From IMG/VR virus record IMGVR_UViG_3300028596_000001: 64,000 nucleotides of DNA; one strand, given 5' to 3'. The translations under genes were made by a program, and so were the position numbers. Below, piece by piece: positions 19,378-31,400 of this stretch. Under the pieces are notes generated by a model, which was not told the DNA's origin, did no database searches, and saw only the letters and a list, made by a program, of their open reading frames with translations. The first letter of the stretch is position 1, and the number at the start of each line of letters is the position of its first letter. Origin of the DNA: a virus (Duplodnaviria > Caudoviricetes).

Positions 19378-22300
19378 TTAATTCCCCTGTAGACCTTTAC
19401 CGCCAATTTGGAAAACTCGGATACGACTTCGTTGCTAGCAGCTTCATCACGAAGACTGTTAACCATCCGGTTGAGCATACCCTTGAAACTGGTCTTCACG
19501 TCTACCCGTTTCCCATCCAGAGTGTAGATAGGTTTAGGCATAACGTAACCAGTGGTACACTTCATCTGATTACCGAGTACGTACTTGTCCGCCATGGTAC
19601 TAACGTCAAGTGTTTCAACGTAAATGGTGATCAGGACCAACCCTGGTGGAATGACTGGCTTGGCTACGTTCAGGTTGGTGTTGACTGCCCCAGTAACTGG
19701 CTCCTTACCTTCGGTCTCCATGAAACGCTTACGCTTCTTGTCATTCTCCTTAACCAGCTTCTTGACCGTCTCGGACATCTCTTCTTGCGGAGAGTTGTAC
19801 TTAACGTCAATGTGAATGATCTTACCGTGGTTCCTGGAACGAATCTGACGAATACCAAGGCGGTTGATTTCATTCGAAAAATCGGCAGAGTCCGGGCCGT
19901 CACTTAGGACGTCGCCGTCTTCAATTTCGCATAAAATCGCGTCATAATCGATCTCATCACCTACTTTTGCCCGCATCCCGATTGCCTGAGTGGCCAACAT
20001 GGTGAACCGCACAGGGTTTAGGAACGGAGTAACGGATTCCTCTACGATATCACGAGACACCGCAATGGAGTCCTCAAAGGTGTCCTGGTCTTCAACCATG
20101 GCAATACGCACCATACGACCAGTTTTGAGAACGGCTTGACCAGGGTTGAAAGGATCTCGAGCAAACCACTCGTTATCCCAACCAATGACGTCGCCCTTAC
20201 GGAACTTATCCCCTACTTTCAAATCAGTTACACGAGTATGACGGTGGTATTCACCACTGGCTTCCCCGATAACCAGACCCAGAGGATAACGGTCAACAGA
20301 ACCATCCTTGTAGGTAACTACCAACTGATCGTCTTCTACAGCAGTAACCTTACCTTCTTCTTTGGCTACTTTGCTGTACAGCTCGGAAGTACGATGTGCC
20401 ATCACGGAGTCATAACCAGTACGAGTAATACCCCAGGTATAGTTCTTCGCACTAACTGCTTGCGACCACTGAGTGGAAATGAACACCTGACGTTTAGCAT
20501 CGTCCTTGGTTACCGACACGGACAGGTTACCAGTCACCGACATCAAGCTGGTGAAACTAGGCTTGCCTTTAAGGTCCATGTTGCCGCGGTAGTCATCGAT
20601 CAACGGGTCACTGGTGGTGTAAGTAACGAAACCTACTTTACCACTGTCCTTGTTCGCCTCACTAATACGACCACGGTAGGTAGGTAGTTGTTCACGAGCA
20701 CGTTGTACAACCGTGATCTCGCTACGACCACCAGTACCACCAAAGGTGAGTTCTTCTTGATCCTTCGTCTGGTGAACAGGGTTTACCTCTTCTACCAAGT
20801 TAACCGAAGTATCAGTCAGAATCCGCATGGTGACTGCGTCAGGGTTGATCTCGAACTTGTGCTTACGGTCTTTACCTTTGTTGTGGTAACGACGGTTAGC
20901 TTCGCACATCTCGCTGTAAATGTGACCAGCAAAACGTTCGTAACCAACAATGCGCTGTTCTTCCAGCTCCACTTCATGACGGGTCTGATCAGTTTCCAGC
21001 AACTGCACAGCATCAAGCAGCAGGTAGTGGAACGAATCAGCGTAACCGAGCTTCTGCAACTGCTCTTTAGTAATAGGGTCAATGAACAAGTCGAAGAGGT
21101 TCTTCATTTCGCGGAAATGACGAGTCTTGACTTTAGGATCAGCCATCAGCGGACCCCAAACACCGTTGTTGTTCAAATCGCTCTTACTAAAGTTGCTGAT
21201 GTTCCCCAGACCAACCAAACCACCGAAGATCATGGCAGCAAACTTTTCACGACGATTGAAGATCAGGTATTCATCGTTAAAGGCAATCGCGTATTCGTCT
21301 TCAGACAACTTAGGACGAGTACCGTTAGGCACGGAGCGCGTGGTAGCCTTGGTGACTGCCAGCAACGTGTCGATACCGAAGTAGTAGCAGAGCACCACAC
21401 CAATAGGGAACAGGAAGCCCCCGATGTTGATAGATGCAAACTCGATAGGAGCCTTAGCCAGCGAGATCCCCATCAAGCCTTCGAGTGTACCCAGTTCCAC
21501 ACCGTCGATATAGATGTTGCCGTAACTGTCCGTGGTGAGTGGCTTGCCGTCTTTAACACCGATCAGGAAGTTATCCTTCTTCAAATACTTCTTGAAGTCG
21601 GGGTATTCAGCCAGCAGGTTGTGGACACGGAAATCGAAGGTGTATTCCCCGGCCTTGATCCACTGGAAGCGAGTAGCCAACGCACTGTAGACTCGTGGGC
21701 TCGGCAAGCTCTGATCAAACTTGTTACCACGGTTGAAAGTCAGGTTACCAGCGTCACCCTGCGCCATGATCTGCTTGCTCATCCAGACACCCAGATCTTG
21801 CGCTACCTTCTTGCTTCGAGTAACCATCAAACGGTTGGGGTAGTAACTACTCAAAGCTACCTTAGCCCGGTCGATCTTGCGGATAGGCAATTCACGACGC
21901 TGCAACTGCATGTGAGTCTTCACACCGTCAACAGTGAAGGTACTATCCTTCTGGACCCTGGGGACACGTATGACGTGCGTGGACTGCTCACCGTCCACTG
22001 GGTGGAGTTGGATACTGAAAACGTCGTACTCACCCTCTACGCTCGTTACAACGTCATGTTTGAAGTTGTTGAGTGCGATACCGGCGTTCTGGATACCAAC
22101 GAACATGCTGACGATGTCCTTATGCAGGAACTTGTCAACGTAACCTTGTTTGAGGATGTTAGCTTTCGACACCAACATACTCTCATCGAGAATAGTGGTG
22201 AAGTTAGCTTCGATCTTCGCATCGCTCTTCAGAGACTTCAGGTCCTCTTGGGATACCTTCATGAACTCTTCGAGGGTTTGTCCGTTAGGCATTTCGATGT

Positions 22301-23765
22301 GCTTGTACTGGGTGCCTTTACGCATGAAGAACTGTTGTTCCGCCACACTCAGGCTACCGTTACGCGCACGTTCTTCCAGAGCCAAAGCCACGCCGGCTTC
22401 AGGGGTAGCAAACGGGTCTTTCTTGACGGAGACTTCAGCAGTAGCAACTTCCTGCTCCAGCAGTTTGTCGTCTACAGCGGAGTTCCACTCCTGATCATCT
22501 TGAACAGGATTTCCGTCTCCCGTACTTCCCTCGACGTCCACAGATGGTGCCACACTTGCTCGATTGTCTTGGAGGACATCCAAGAGGCTATCGCCAGTAC
22601 TAGCACTAACCACAGGGCCATCTTCTTGACGAGCTTTTTCTTGTCGATCGTGTGGACCTTCTCGTCCTTGCTCTTCCTCAGTTCGATCCGCTCCTTCAAC
22701 CAAAGCGGTACCCGACGCTTCTCCATTTGGGTCATCCTTCTCTTGTTCGCTAATCCCTCCCCGGGAGAGATTCATCAAGGCTAAGTAAAAACGCTTCGCA
22801 GCGTTTAGTCGTTTTGAGTGACCAGTTCTGTGACTGGTTTTAGCGGGAGCTTTACCCTTAGCCGCTTCGGCTGCGAGTTTCTCCAGGTACTTCTTGTCAT
22901 TCTCATTGTCCAGCCACTCTTTAATGGTGGCCATGTGGATGATCAAACAACGGCTGTCGAATACAAAGATGATGTGCAGCGCATTCAGGGCTTCTGGGGT
23001 AAGCTTGTTAAACAGGCTGTACTCGTAGTCCCCGAAGACCCAGGCCATGAAGTCGATCAACCAGTAACTACCCTCGGCCTTGGTCAACCGTACGGTCTGG
23101 TTGCTAGGAATCGGCTTACCAGTCTCGTGGTTGAACTTGTCGATGTAGTGATCGTAGTCGATCAACAGTTCGTTAAAGCCTGGGAAGTTAATCGGCAGAT
23201 CCACACGCATGAACTGCTGACGTGGGGAAGTACCAACCCGATGGGCTTCTTCGTTGATACCGGCAACCAATGCGTTGAAATGGTTGTAGTACTTTTCGAA
23301 GTTAACAAAGATACTAGCCCGCTGAGCAAACATCTTGTCCAGCAAGCCGTAACTCTTAACGATCAAGTTACGTTCTTTGTTGTAGACCGTCTTGATGTCC
23401 TTGGTCCAGTTATAGTTGTAGTGGGTAGCCCGGTAGCCCTGGATGGCCTTACGGATCTCCAGAGGCAGGTTACGACCGCTACCCAACACAGGCTCGTAGC
23501 GACTAACGAAGTCGAGGAAGACATCGCCCTCGAAGTTGCTAATAAAAGCTTCACTACGACTCGGACCGATCTCCATCACGTTCTGTGGGAAGTAATGGAA
23601 CAGCGACATCCGTGGGAGACTGATCTCACTGATCGGCAAGAAATGAGGGCTGACCAATTCCTGCCGCTTACGCATTACAAACCAACGGAAGAACTGGGTG
23701 TACAGAGCAGCCATTGCCTCCGTACCAGTTACCGCGTCCAACGGGGAATTAGCACCCAAATTCAT
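19374..23765 (-). CDS. Virion RNA polymerase beta subunit, N-terminal part (phiKZ gp178-like)
   Basis: 1463 aa; 'TFGGTGGRS', 'SEANKDSGKVG', 'EDQDTFEDSI' and 'DKYVLGNQMK' are beta-like motifs. Confidence 0.9.
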   Translation of the reverse strand: MNLGANSPLDAVTGTEAMAALYTQFFRWFVMRKRQELVSPHFLPISEISLPRMSLFHYFPQNVMEIGPSRSEAFISNFEGDVFLDFVSRYEPVLGSGRNLPLEIRKAIQGYRATHYNYNWTKDIKTVYNKERNLIVKSYGLLDKMFAQRASIFVNFEKYYNHFNALVAGINEEAHRVGTSPRQQFMRVDLPINFPGFNELLIDYDHYIDKFNHETGKPIPSNQTVRLTKAEGSYWLIDFMAWVFGDYEYSLFNKLTPEALNALHIIFVFDSRCLIIHMATIKEWLDNENDKKYLEKLAAEAAKGKAPAKTSHRTGHSKRLNAAKRFYLALMNLSRGGISEQEKDDPNGEASGTALVEGADRTEEEQGREGPHDRQEKARQEDGPVVSASTGDSLLDVLQDNRASVAPSVDVEGSTGDGNPVQDDQEWNSAVDDKLLEQEVATAEVSVKKDPFATPEAGVALALEERARNGSLSVAEQQFFMRKGTQYKHIEMPNGQTLEEFMKVSQEDLKSLKSDAKIEANFTTILDESMLVSKANILKQGYVDKFLHKDIVSMFVGIQNAGIALNNFKHDVVTSVEGEYDVFSIQLHPVDGEQSTHVIRVPRVQKDSTFTVDGVKTHMQLQRRELPIRKIDRAKVALSSYYPNRLMVTRSKKVAQDLGVWMSKQIMAQGDAGNLTFNRGNKFDQSLPSPRVYSALATRFQWIKAGEYTFDFRVHNLLAEYPDFKKYLKKDNFLIGVKDGKPLTTDSYGNIYIDGVELGTLEGLMGISLAKAPIEFASINIGGFLFPIGVVLCYYFGIDTLLAVTKATTRSVPNGTRPKLSEDEYAIAFNDEYLIFNRREKFAAMIFGGLVGLGNISNFSKSDLNNNGVWGPLMADPKVKTRHFREMKNLFDLFIDPITKEQLQKLGYADSFHYLLLDAVQLLETDQTRHEVELEEQRIVGYERFAGHIYSEMCEANRRYHNKGKDRKHKFEINPDAVTMRILTDTSVNLVEEVNPVHQTKDQEELTFGGTGGRSEITVVQRAREQLPTYRGRISEANKDSGKVGFVTYTTSDPLIDDYRGNMDLKGKPSFTSLMSVTGNLSVSVTKDDAKRQVFISTQWSQAVSAKNYTWGITRTGYDSVMAHRTSELYSKVAKEEGKVTAVEDDQLVVTYKDGSVDRYPLGLVIGEASGEYHRHTRVTDLKVGDKFRKGDVIGWDNEWFARDPFNPGQAVLKTGRMVRIAMVEDQDTFEDSIAVSRDIVEESVTPFLNPVRFTMLATQAIGMRAKVGDEIDYDAILCEIEDGDVLSDGPDSADFSNEINRLGIRQIRSRNHGKIIHIDVKYNSPQEEMSETVKKLVKENDKKRKRFMETEGKEPVTGAVNTNLNVAKPVIPPGLVLITIYVETLDVSTMADKYVLGNQMKCTTGYVMPKPIYTLDGKRVDVKTSFKGMLNRMVNSLRDEAASNEVVSEFSKLAVKVYRGIK

Positions 23766-25384
23766 TTACGATTCCTCATGCCGCTGGTGGCGGCTTTCAA
23801 AACAAACATTAAAGGTTCTGGGAGCGGGTCGTACAGGAAGTTGTCGGTACCACTGATGTAGTACTCGCGCTTCCCGAACAGCTCCTCAACCTGCGCCTTG
23901 GTGTCATCACCACAAAGACTGTTAGAGTTGAGGGCGTCACCGTCATGGTCAGAACCCAGCGCCTGTTCGCGGGTAGGGTCTACTGACATCGCGTCGAAAT
24001 AGTCGATACGGCCAGTCTTAACCGGATAGCGTGGCAGAACACCAACCACATTGCCTTCGGTATCGATCAGGGTACGTTTCTTACTACCAACTGTAGTCAA
24101 CAAGTTGACCTTAGCCGGGAAGATAGAACCCAGACCGGTAACAGGATAACGCGTCTGCTGGCTCATTTGCTGGCGGATCGCTTCCTGACAAGACAGGTAG
24201 AACAACTCCATATACGTGATAGGAGTTACTAGCTTCCGGTCTTTACCTTCTGGCAAGTCATTGATGTCATACAACACGCAGACTTCTTTACCGTCGTCAT
24301 ACACCAGAGCCAGATAATGGCCACTGATAACGATCGGCTTATTACGCAAGTTAACGTTAGAGAAACCGTTAAACAGTTTACTCAAACCAGTGGCCGTGGT
24401 CCATTTGTCCACAGTTGCTGGCAGTACGTTGGTGTACTCGAACTCGAGCGTCTTCATGTTCACCAGTTTAGCCGAGTCGCTACCTGGGGTGAAAATCGGC
24501 TCAAGGTACTTGGTGGTCATCGCATGGATACACACATACTGATAGTTCAGCAGTGCTTGCATCAGACCCATGTCGACACTGTTAGGGTCTACCCCGTCGT
24601 CCTCAAAGAGGTTGCTACGGGAAACCTTGCGCGCAGTAATAACGTTACGCGTACCGGCCACCACACCGCGAGTAGACATCCGCCGTTGTAGGAGACCGCC
24701 CTTACCACCCATCAAACCAAAGATGTATTGGTCGATGTCGTTAAAGGAAGATTGCAGGCCCCAGCGCACTGAGTCGTACAGTGGGTTCTCCAGGTCATCA
24801 GCACGACCAATGGATACTACACGGGTACGGAACATCAACTTGCGGTAGTACTCAGTGATCTCCGGTTCGCTAGGAGCACCGTTAGGCAGGAACTGGATAT
24901 CACGAATACCAGCAGGCGGTACCAGGACTTTAGTAGTCAAGGCGATGTCGCGGAACATCTTTACTGCCTTAACCCGTTGCTTCCTTTTATATGAATCGGT
25001 AGTGGTAACCACCAGATCCTGGAAATGCCGGACAAAGAAACTATATCCGGTCTGCCCATCGATGATGTTGGATTTTATGAAATCCTTGGACTTTTCGTCC
25101 CATACCGCGTATTCCGAGCCTTTGAGAATCCCGAGGTAGAGGGATTTTATTTGGCCCAGGACTTTTAAGTAACTAGGGTTGAAGATCGGGAGCTTAACAT
25201 CGATGTAAGCTTCGGTCTTATCTCGCTCCTTAGACCCCATTTTCCCAAAGATTTCTAAGGAATACAAACCCTCGTCATTGAGGTTCTGCGTCATCCCCTC
25301 AAATGCATCAGTGGACGTCACAGGTTTAAAGACCCCAGGGACAATGGTCCTGGGGTCTAATAACGTTAAGTTACTGGGTTTCAT
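23762..25384 (-). CDS. Virion RNA polymerase beta' subunit, N-terminal/catalytic part (phiKZ gp180-like)
   Basis: 'GKGGLLQ..R..GTRNVIT', 'QQTRYPVTG' and catalytic loop GSDHDGD. Confidence 0.9.
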   Translation of the reverse strand: MKPSNLTLLDPRTIVPGVFKPVTSTDAFEGMTQNLNDEGLYSLEIFGKMGSKERDKTEAYIDVKLPIFNPSYLKVLGQIKSLYLGILKGSEYAVWDEKSKDFIKSNIIDGQTGYSFFVRHFQDLVVTTTDSYKRKQRVKAVKMFRDIALTTKVLVPPAGIRDIQFLPNGAPSEPEITEYYRKLMFRTRVVSIGRADDLENPLYDSVRWGLQSSFNDIDQYIFGLMGGKGGLLQRRMSTRGVVAGTRNVITARKVSRSNLFEDDGVDPNSVDMGLMQALLNYQYVCIHAMTTKYLEPIFTPGSDSAKLVNMKTLEFEYTNVLPATVDKWTTATGLSKLFNGFSNVNLRNKPIVISGHYLALVYDDGKEVCVLYDINDLPEGKDRKLVTPITYMELFYLSCQEAIRQQMSQQTRYPVTGLGSIFPAKVNLLTTVGSKKRTLIDTEGNVVGVLPRYPVKTGRIDYFDAMSVDPTREQALGSDHDGDALNSNSLCGDDTKAQVEELFGKREYYISGTDNFLYDPLPEPLMFVLKAATSGMRNRK

Positions 25385-25408
25385 AATTGGAACTCTTTAG
25401 GAGTTGGT

Positions 25409-28400
25409 ATGTCGGAATATAACGATTTTGAAAGTTATGACAATGACTGGGATGCCGATCCGTTCGAAGGTGACATGGACTTCGACATGGACTTCGACAA
25501 CCCAGGTGGTAATAAAGGGTTCCTTCGTAGTGTTGTAAGCGGTTTCTTGGACGGCGTCGTTGAACGTACCGTCGGTAGCACTGACGCAAAGATCAACACT
25601 TTGCAGCGTGTACTCCCACCAAGCTGGAACCCAACCTTCCGTAATCTGCGAGAGCTTCACCAGCGTGGCCGTGAAGCAATCGAGGAACTCAAAAATAATA
25701 GCTTCACCGCAGTTCAGGATTTACAGTACCTGGCTGCTCGTGCTGCCAAGGCAGCTGGTGACAAGCTTCCTAATAAAATCTCCGAAGGACTCAACGAGTT
25801 CAGTCGTCATGACTTTTCCAGCTGGGAAAAGCAGGAATACGAGCGTGACGACACGGTCAAACTCGAAGAAACTAGCGACGACGAAATAAAGGCTCTCCTT
25901 GCTCAAGGCGAAGCCGAGTCAATGCTATCTCGCGAAACCTTCAAGTCGGTGGGTAAACAAACCATCGGCATGATGACGGAGATCGGCGGCCGCAGTATCG
26001 CTGGCATGCACTCCATTGTGCAGACCAACCAACGGACTAACCAACTGCTGGAACACCTGCTGGATTATCAGCGTCGTGTCCAACAGCGTAACGACCAACT
26101 GCAAATCAATATTGCGGCGCGTCAATACCTGGCCAGCGGTAAGTTCTACAAGTTCGTTGAAGCCAGCAACCACCGGATGATTGCCGAGCTGAAACTGATC
26201 GCTCAATATAGCCAGCAGTCTGACTATGAGAAGACCACCACCAGCCAGGCACTGAAACGTAACTTGCGGGAAACTGTGTTCAACACAGCCAAGAGTCGTT
26301 TTGGTGGTATCGCCGATTATCTGACCGACCGTGTTGGTAAAGATGCTCGTGAAGATATTGCCGGTGACTTCTCCGATCTGACCAGTAACCTGCGTATGGT
26401 TGCTGAGATGACCGAAGGTATGCCTATTAACGTAGGTAGCATGCTGGGTAACGCAGCCGCTGGTATCTTCCTGACCAACCTGCCCAAGTTCATCGAATCG
26501 GGTAAGGGTCAAGAGTACCTCGTTAGGTTCACCAAGAAGTTCCCTAAACTGGCTAAGTGGGCGAAGGACGCTTACATCCGTATTGGTGACCTGGGCCATG
26601 TGGCGAACTACGCCACCGGTAACCTGGAAGAGATCGCTAACACTCTGGCACGTTTCCACCATAACGGTGTTGACACTTCGGGCGATGAAGATCAGACCTA
26701 CGAGGAATACGTCGACTCCCTGCCTAAGGATGCCAAGCCAGCGCCTAAAGCTATTTGGTACATTGCCAAGAAAGCCCGCAAGACCATCAACAATACCGCC
26801 AACGGTATGTTCGATGAGACGTGGAGCTCCTCCAATACCAAGTACAGTCTTAGCCAACGCACTCTGAAAGACAGTCACGAACAGGCCCTGTGGACCCGTC
26901 GTTCGGATCGTACTCTCAACGAAGAGATTCCTCGTTGGTTCAGTATGCTCCACCTGTCGCTGGAAAAGATCCGTACTGGCAATGACAAGCTGCAACCTCT
27001 GACGTATGACTACGTTAAGTCCAAGTTTGTTACTGAGCATCAGAAGGCCGCAATGGTCACTAATGCTGTCTTTGATCGCAACTCGTTTGCTTACCAGGCT
27101 ACCTCTGCACTTAACTTGGCTGGTAGTGTGGACGAAGGTGGTTTGCTGTCGAAAGAGGCTAAAGAAGCCTTTGCCATGCAGTTGGTAAAAGACAGCGACA
27201 GTAAGCACGGGTTTAACCCTTACAACTACTTCAACATGGAAGACCAAGGTCACTCCAAGGAAATTGCTGAAGCGGTTAAGAAAACTGTAATGTCGACCTT
27301 TGGGATCACCGATGCACATATCGATGAATTCCTTAACAGCGACACGGTTCGTCGTGGGGTCATGGCAACGTACATGCCTACCGAGAAGGGTCGTCGACTT
27401 CTCCCGGGCTTTGCTGACGCTAGCCGTAGCCTTGGCACGTTCATGCCGGATATCGCCGAAGGTATTGATATCCACAAGAGCGCTGGTTTCTACGAGGCAA
27501 TGAAACAAGCAGGGATCATCGCCCCAACCGAGTACGGTGAAGACGATATCTCTGAGAATAAGTTCTGGGACCTTTTGGGTAAGTTCATCAAGAACCCAGA
27601 GCTGAAGAACACGGTAGAAGTACCTAAGGACGCAAAGCTGGATCCGACCAGATCGTTTGGTGGGTTTGCTCCTAATCCAGCGTCTGCTTTGAATGCCCAG
27701 CCTAAACCACTGCCACCGTTTATCCTTGGTAGTAGTGCTGGTGCTGCTCCTAAGCCTAACGAGCCTGTCCCGGTCAAGATGGAAGGTCTGGAAGACCTTA
27801 TCAAGTCTCTCGATGGTCTGAAAGACATTGGTCGCAGCATGGACCTGTCCGGTGATGTATTCAAGAACCTGAGCAGCCTGGACTTCAAGCCTATTGGCAA
27901 CAGCCTGGATCTGCTGGTGAAGAATACCGGTGATCTCCTGCAATTGGCTCAGACTCGCAACGAGACCCTTACCAAGATCCAGGAAGGTTTGCCTACCCGT
28001 AAGCGTAAACAGACCCAGGAAGAAGAAAACGACATCAAGTCGGGTACCGCAAGGATCATCGACAAGATCAAAGAGTTCTCCTTCAAAGACTTCTACAACA
28101 AGGCAGTAGATACCGTACTGAGGAATGAACCCCTCATTCTCGGTGGCCTGTTGGGCGGTCTGGCTGGCTATGCATTGCACAACCCTAAGGCTGCTGCTCT
28201 GGTAGCTGGTGGTGCAATGGCGGCTGCTGCTTACGGTAAGTTGCGTTCTGCGGCTAAGGCGCGTACGCCTGAAGACTCGGAAGACCTTTATGAAGAAGGT
28301 TCGGATGAGCCTATCCTGGAAGCACGTCGCTTGCAGGATGGACAGTACTACGATCTGACCAAGAACAAGATCATCAAGAGCTGGAAGGAGATCTCTGGCA

Positions 28401-31400
28401 GTATCAGGATTGTCAGTACTGACGCGTACAACGGGACTATCATCGGTGCTCGTAAACTGGCTAAGACCCTGTTTACTGCTGAGAACAAGGAAGTGTTCCT
28501 CGGTGGCTTGAACAAGGTCCGTGAATGGCTGACCAAAGCCTTTAAGTGGGTAGATCCTTGGGGTCGTGCTGTTGGGCTGAAGGATAAGGTAACCAAACGC
28601 TTCTACCAGATGGACGTATATAAGGAAGGGGCTGATTCTCCTACCTTGTCTGGTAAGAGCTTCGATGCCGGGGCTTACTGGAAGAAAGATGCTGGTGGTA
28701 ATGCAGTAATGATTACCGGCTGGAACGAAATCGACGGTCCGGTCTACGATCGCGAAGGCAACGTCCTGATCACTCAGGAAGACTTCGATCGTGGTCTGGT
28801 TACTTCGATGGGTGTCAGCATTAACAAGATGGGTACGCTGACCAAGAAGTTTGCTGGTTGGGGTCTGGACGCTCTGCGTGTTACCAAGGATAAGGTAGCC
28901 GAGTACTCAGGCAAAGCTTACGACAAATCGAAAGAGATGTTTAAAGCGGATTACACGCCAATCACCAACTCGATTGATCGCATCTACTACTTGATGCTGA
29001 AGCACTGGGGCTACCAACAGGAGTTCGTACCTGAAGGCATCCCAGTTCCTCCACCAACCCCTACTCCAGAGAACCCAACAAAGGTCGATCCTACCAAAGG
29101 TATTGATCCTGATGCGCCGGCTAAGCCTGCCCCTGAAGTAGTAGCCGCTCGTGAAGAAGAGGACCAGAACCCAGCTGGTGCTAAGAAACACGACATGCGC
29201 GAAAAGATCAAGGAGAAGATGGCTGAGTGGAATATCTTCGACAAGGAGAAAGACGCCAAGAAACCACGTCTGAACTCCTTCGCTGACAAGGAAGAAAAGC
29301 GGAAAGAGAAGAAGGCAGAACAAGCCCAGGACGCGCTTATCAACATGGCCGGTAGTTTTGGCTTTGGCGATAAGGAGAAGAAACCGGAACGTGCTGGTTT
29401 GTTCGGGTTGCTTACTACCATGATCGGTGGTGTGTTCAGTGGCATTACCGCTATCGGTACGTTCTTCACCAAGACCCTGTGGAGCAGTGTTGGTCGGTTG
29501 GTGACGTTTGCCAACGTCGGTATCAAAATCCTGCCAGCTATTTTCACAGGTATCACGGCGATTGCGAAAGGTGTTATGACCTTGGTTCAAACCAAGAGCA
29601 TTACGTCTGCCGGTACCAGCATTCTCGATACCATTATGGATAATAAGAACGAGAACCCTGAGACCCGCAAGAAGCGTAAGGAAGATCGCGCAACACACCG
29701 TAAGAAACCAAGCACTAAGTTTGGTAAGGCCGGTATTGGTGCTGGTGTTGCACTGGCGTCGGGCATGGCGATCGACTCTTTGATCGACATGGGTATTGCT
29801 GACGAAGACGGACTTGCTGCTAACGCTGCGGGTGCCGTTGAGACAGCTGCTACTGTTTACGGAGCCTACCAACTCGCATCCGGTGCCGCTGCTTTGGCAG
29901 GGGTTGAACTAGGTGCGGTAGCACTGGGCGTCGGTACTACAGTAGGCGGTGCATTGCTTACTGGTGCTGGTATGGTGGTCGGGGGCATCGCTGCTGCATT
30001 GAGTAGTCCGTTTGTATTGGGTGCTATTGCAATCGGCGCTGTTGGTTACGGTCTGTACAAGCTGTTCCAAGCCGGTAAAGGTACCCAGCTGAAACTGCGT
30101 CTGACTCAGTACGGTGTTTCTGATGTAGAGAGCACCTTGGCTGAGAACGTGGTTAAGGCTGAGCAGATGCTCGAGAAGTTTGTGGTGATTGGTAACGGTC
30201 GTGCCTCGATTTCTAAAGACGCCGATATCACGGGGGTGTTCAAACTCTTCGTAACCAACCCACAGGACAAGGCAGAACTTGCCGAAGTCTTTACTTGGTT
30301 CAACGGTCGCTTTAAGCCGGTGTTCTTGACTTACATGGCTTGCTTGGATGCAGCTAAGTTCAAGAGCATGCAAGAGTTCGATGAGTCCACTGATCAAAAC
30401 GTGTACAACGTGGCGAAACAGGCTCACAGTGCTCTGGGTGGGGTAATGCCGTATCCTTACACGATCGTGGCTAAGGTCGATAAGGACACCCCGATCATGG
30501 CTGAGAAGCAAACGGTTATCCGCGTCAACAGCTACTTGGCTGAACTCAAGAAGTATGTGGACCGTAAGACCGACAAGGAAGAGCTTAAGCCTGTCGAAGT
30601 ACCGGCTGGTGTGTTAGCACTGGAACGGGAAAAGAAACAACTGGAAGAAAGTCTCGATAAAGGTGACGCCAGTGTAGCTGGTCCGATCCGCAGTCAAGCC
30701 AAGGAACGACTGGACTACATCGACAGACAACTTTCTGGGATGAGCACTACCTTTGTACTAGGTAAACAAGTACAAGCAGTCTACATTAAAGACCTGTTGC
30801 CAGACGATCGTGCGATGGATCTCCTGACCGCTATCCGTTTGGCGTGCTATGGTAACGATGAAGACGTGCATTGGCGTATCGAAGCGGTACTGCGTCTGGA
30901 ACGTTACTGCGAGCCGTTGTTTGTACTGAACGGTTCTGAAGTAGTGTTCAACGGCGATATCCCAGGATTGTTCGGGATCTTCCGTACGGCGTTCCGCTTG
31001 AAGCGTGACGAAGGTGAAGACTGGTGCAAGTGGTTCCGTGACAGGTTCGCTCCTGTAATGCGTAACTACGTGCAGGTGATGGCTAACTACCGTAAGGGTA
31101 ACCCAGGCGTTGTCTGGAAGTCCCTGTCGGTAACTGCTCGGTATGAGATTGCCCAGGCGCTGGTACAGACCATGGTGCATATCACCGACAAGTTCATCAT
31201 CCCAATCTGGAACGTACGCGTTTCGCCGTTCTTGGATAGCCGTTCTCCCGATAAGCCTGATAAGGTTGATCGGATGCTCAAGTTGCTGAGTGACGCAAGT
31301 ACTCAGGCGAAGATTCGTGACCCTGAAAAGGAAGCAGGGAAAACTAACACGCAATCTTGGGCTAAAGAGGTCTCCCCGCATAAACCTGGTGGCGGTTTCA

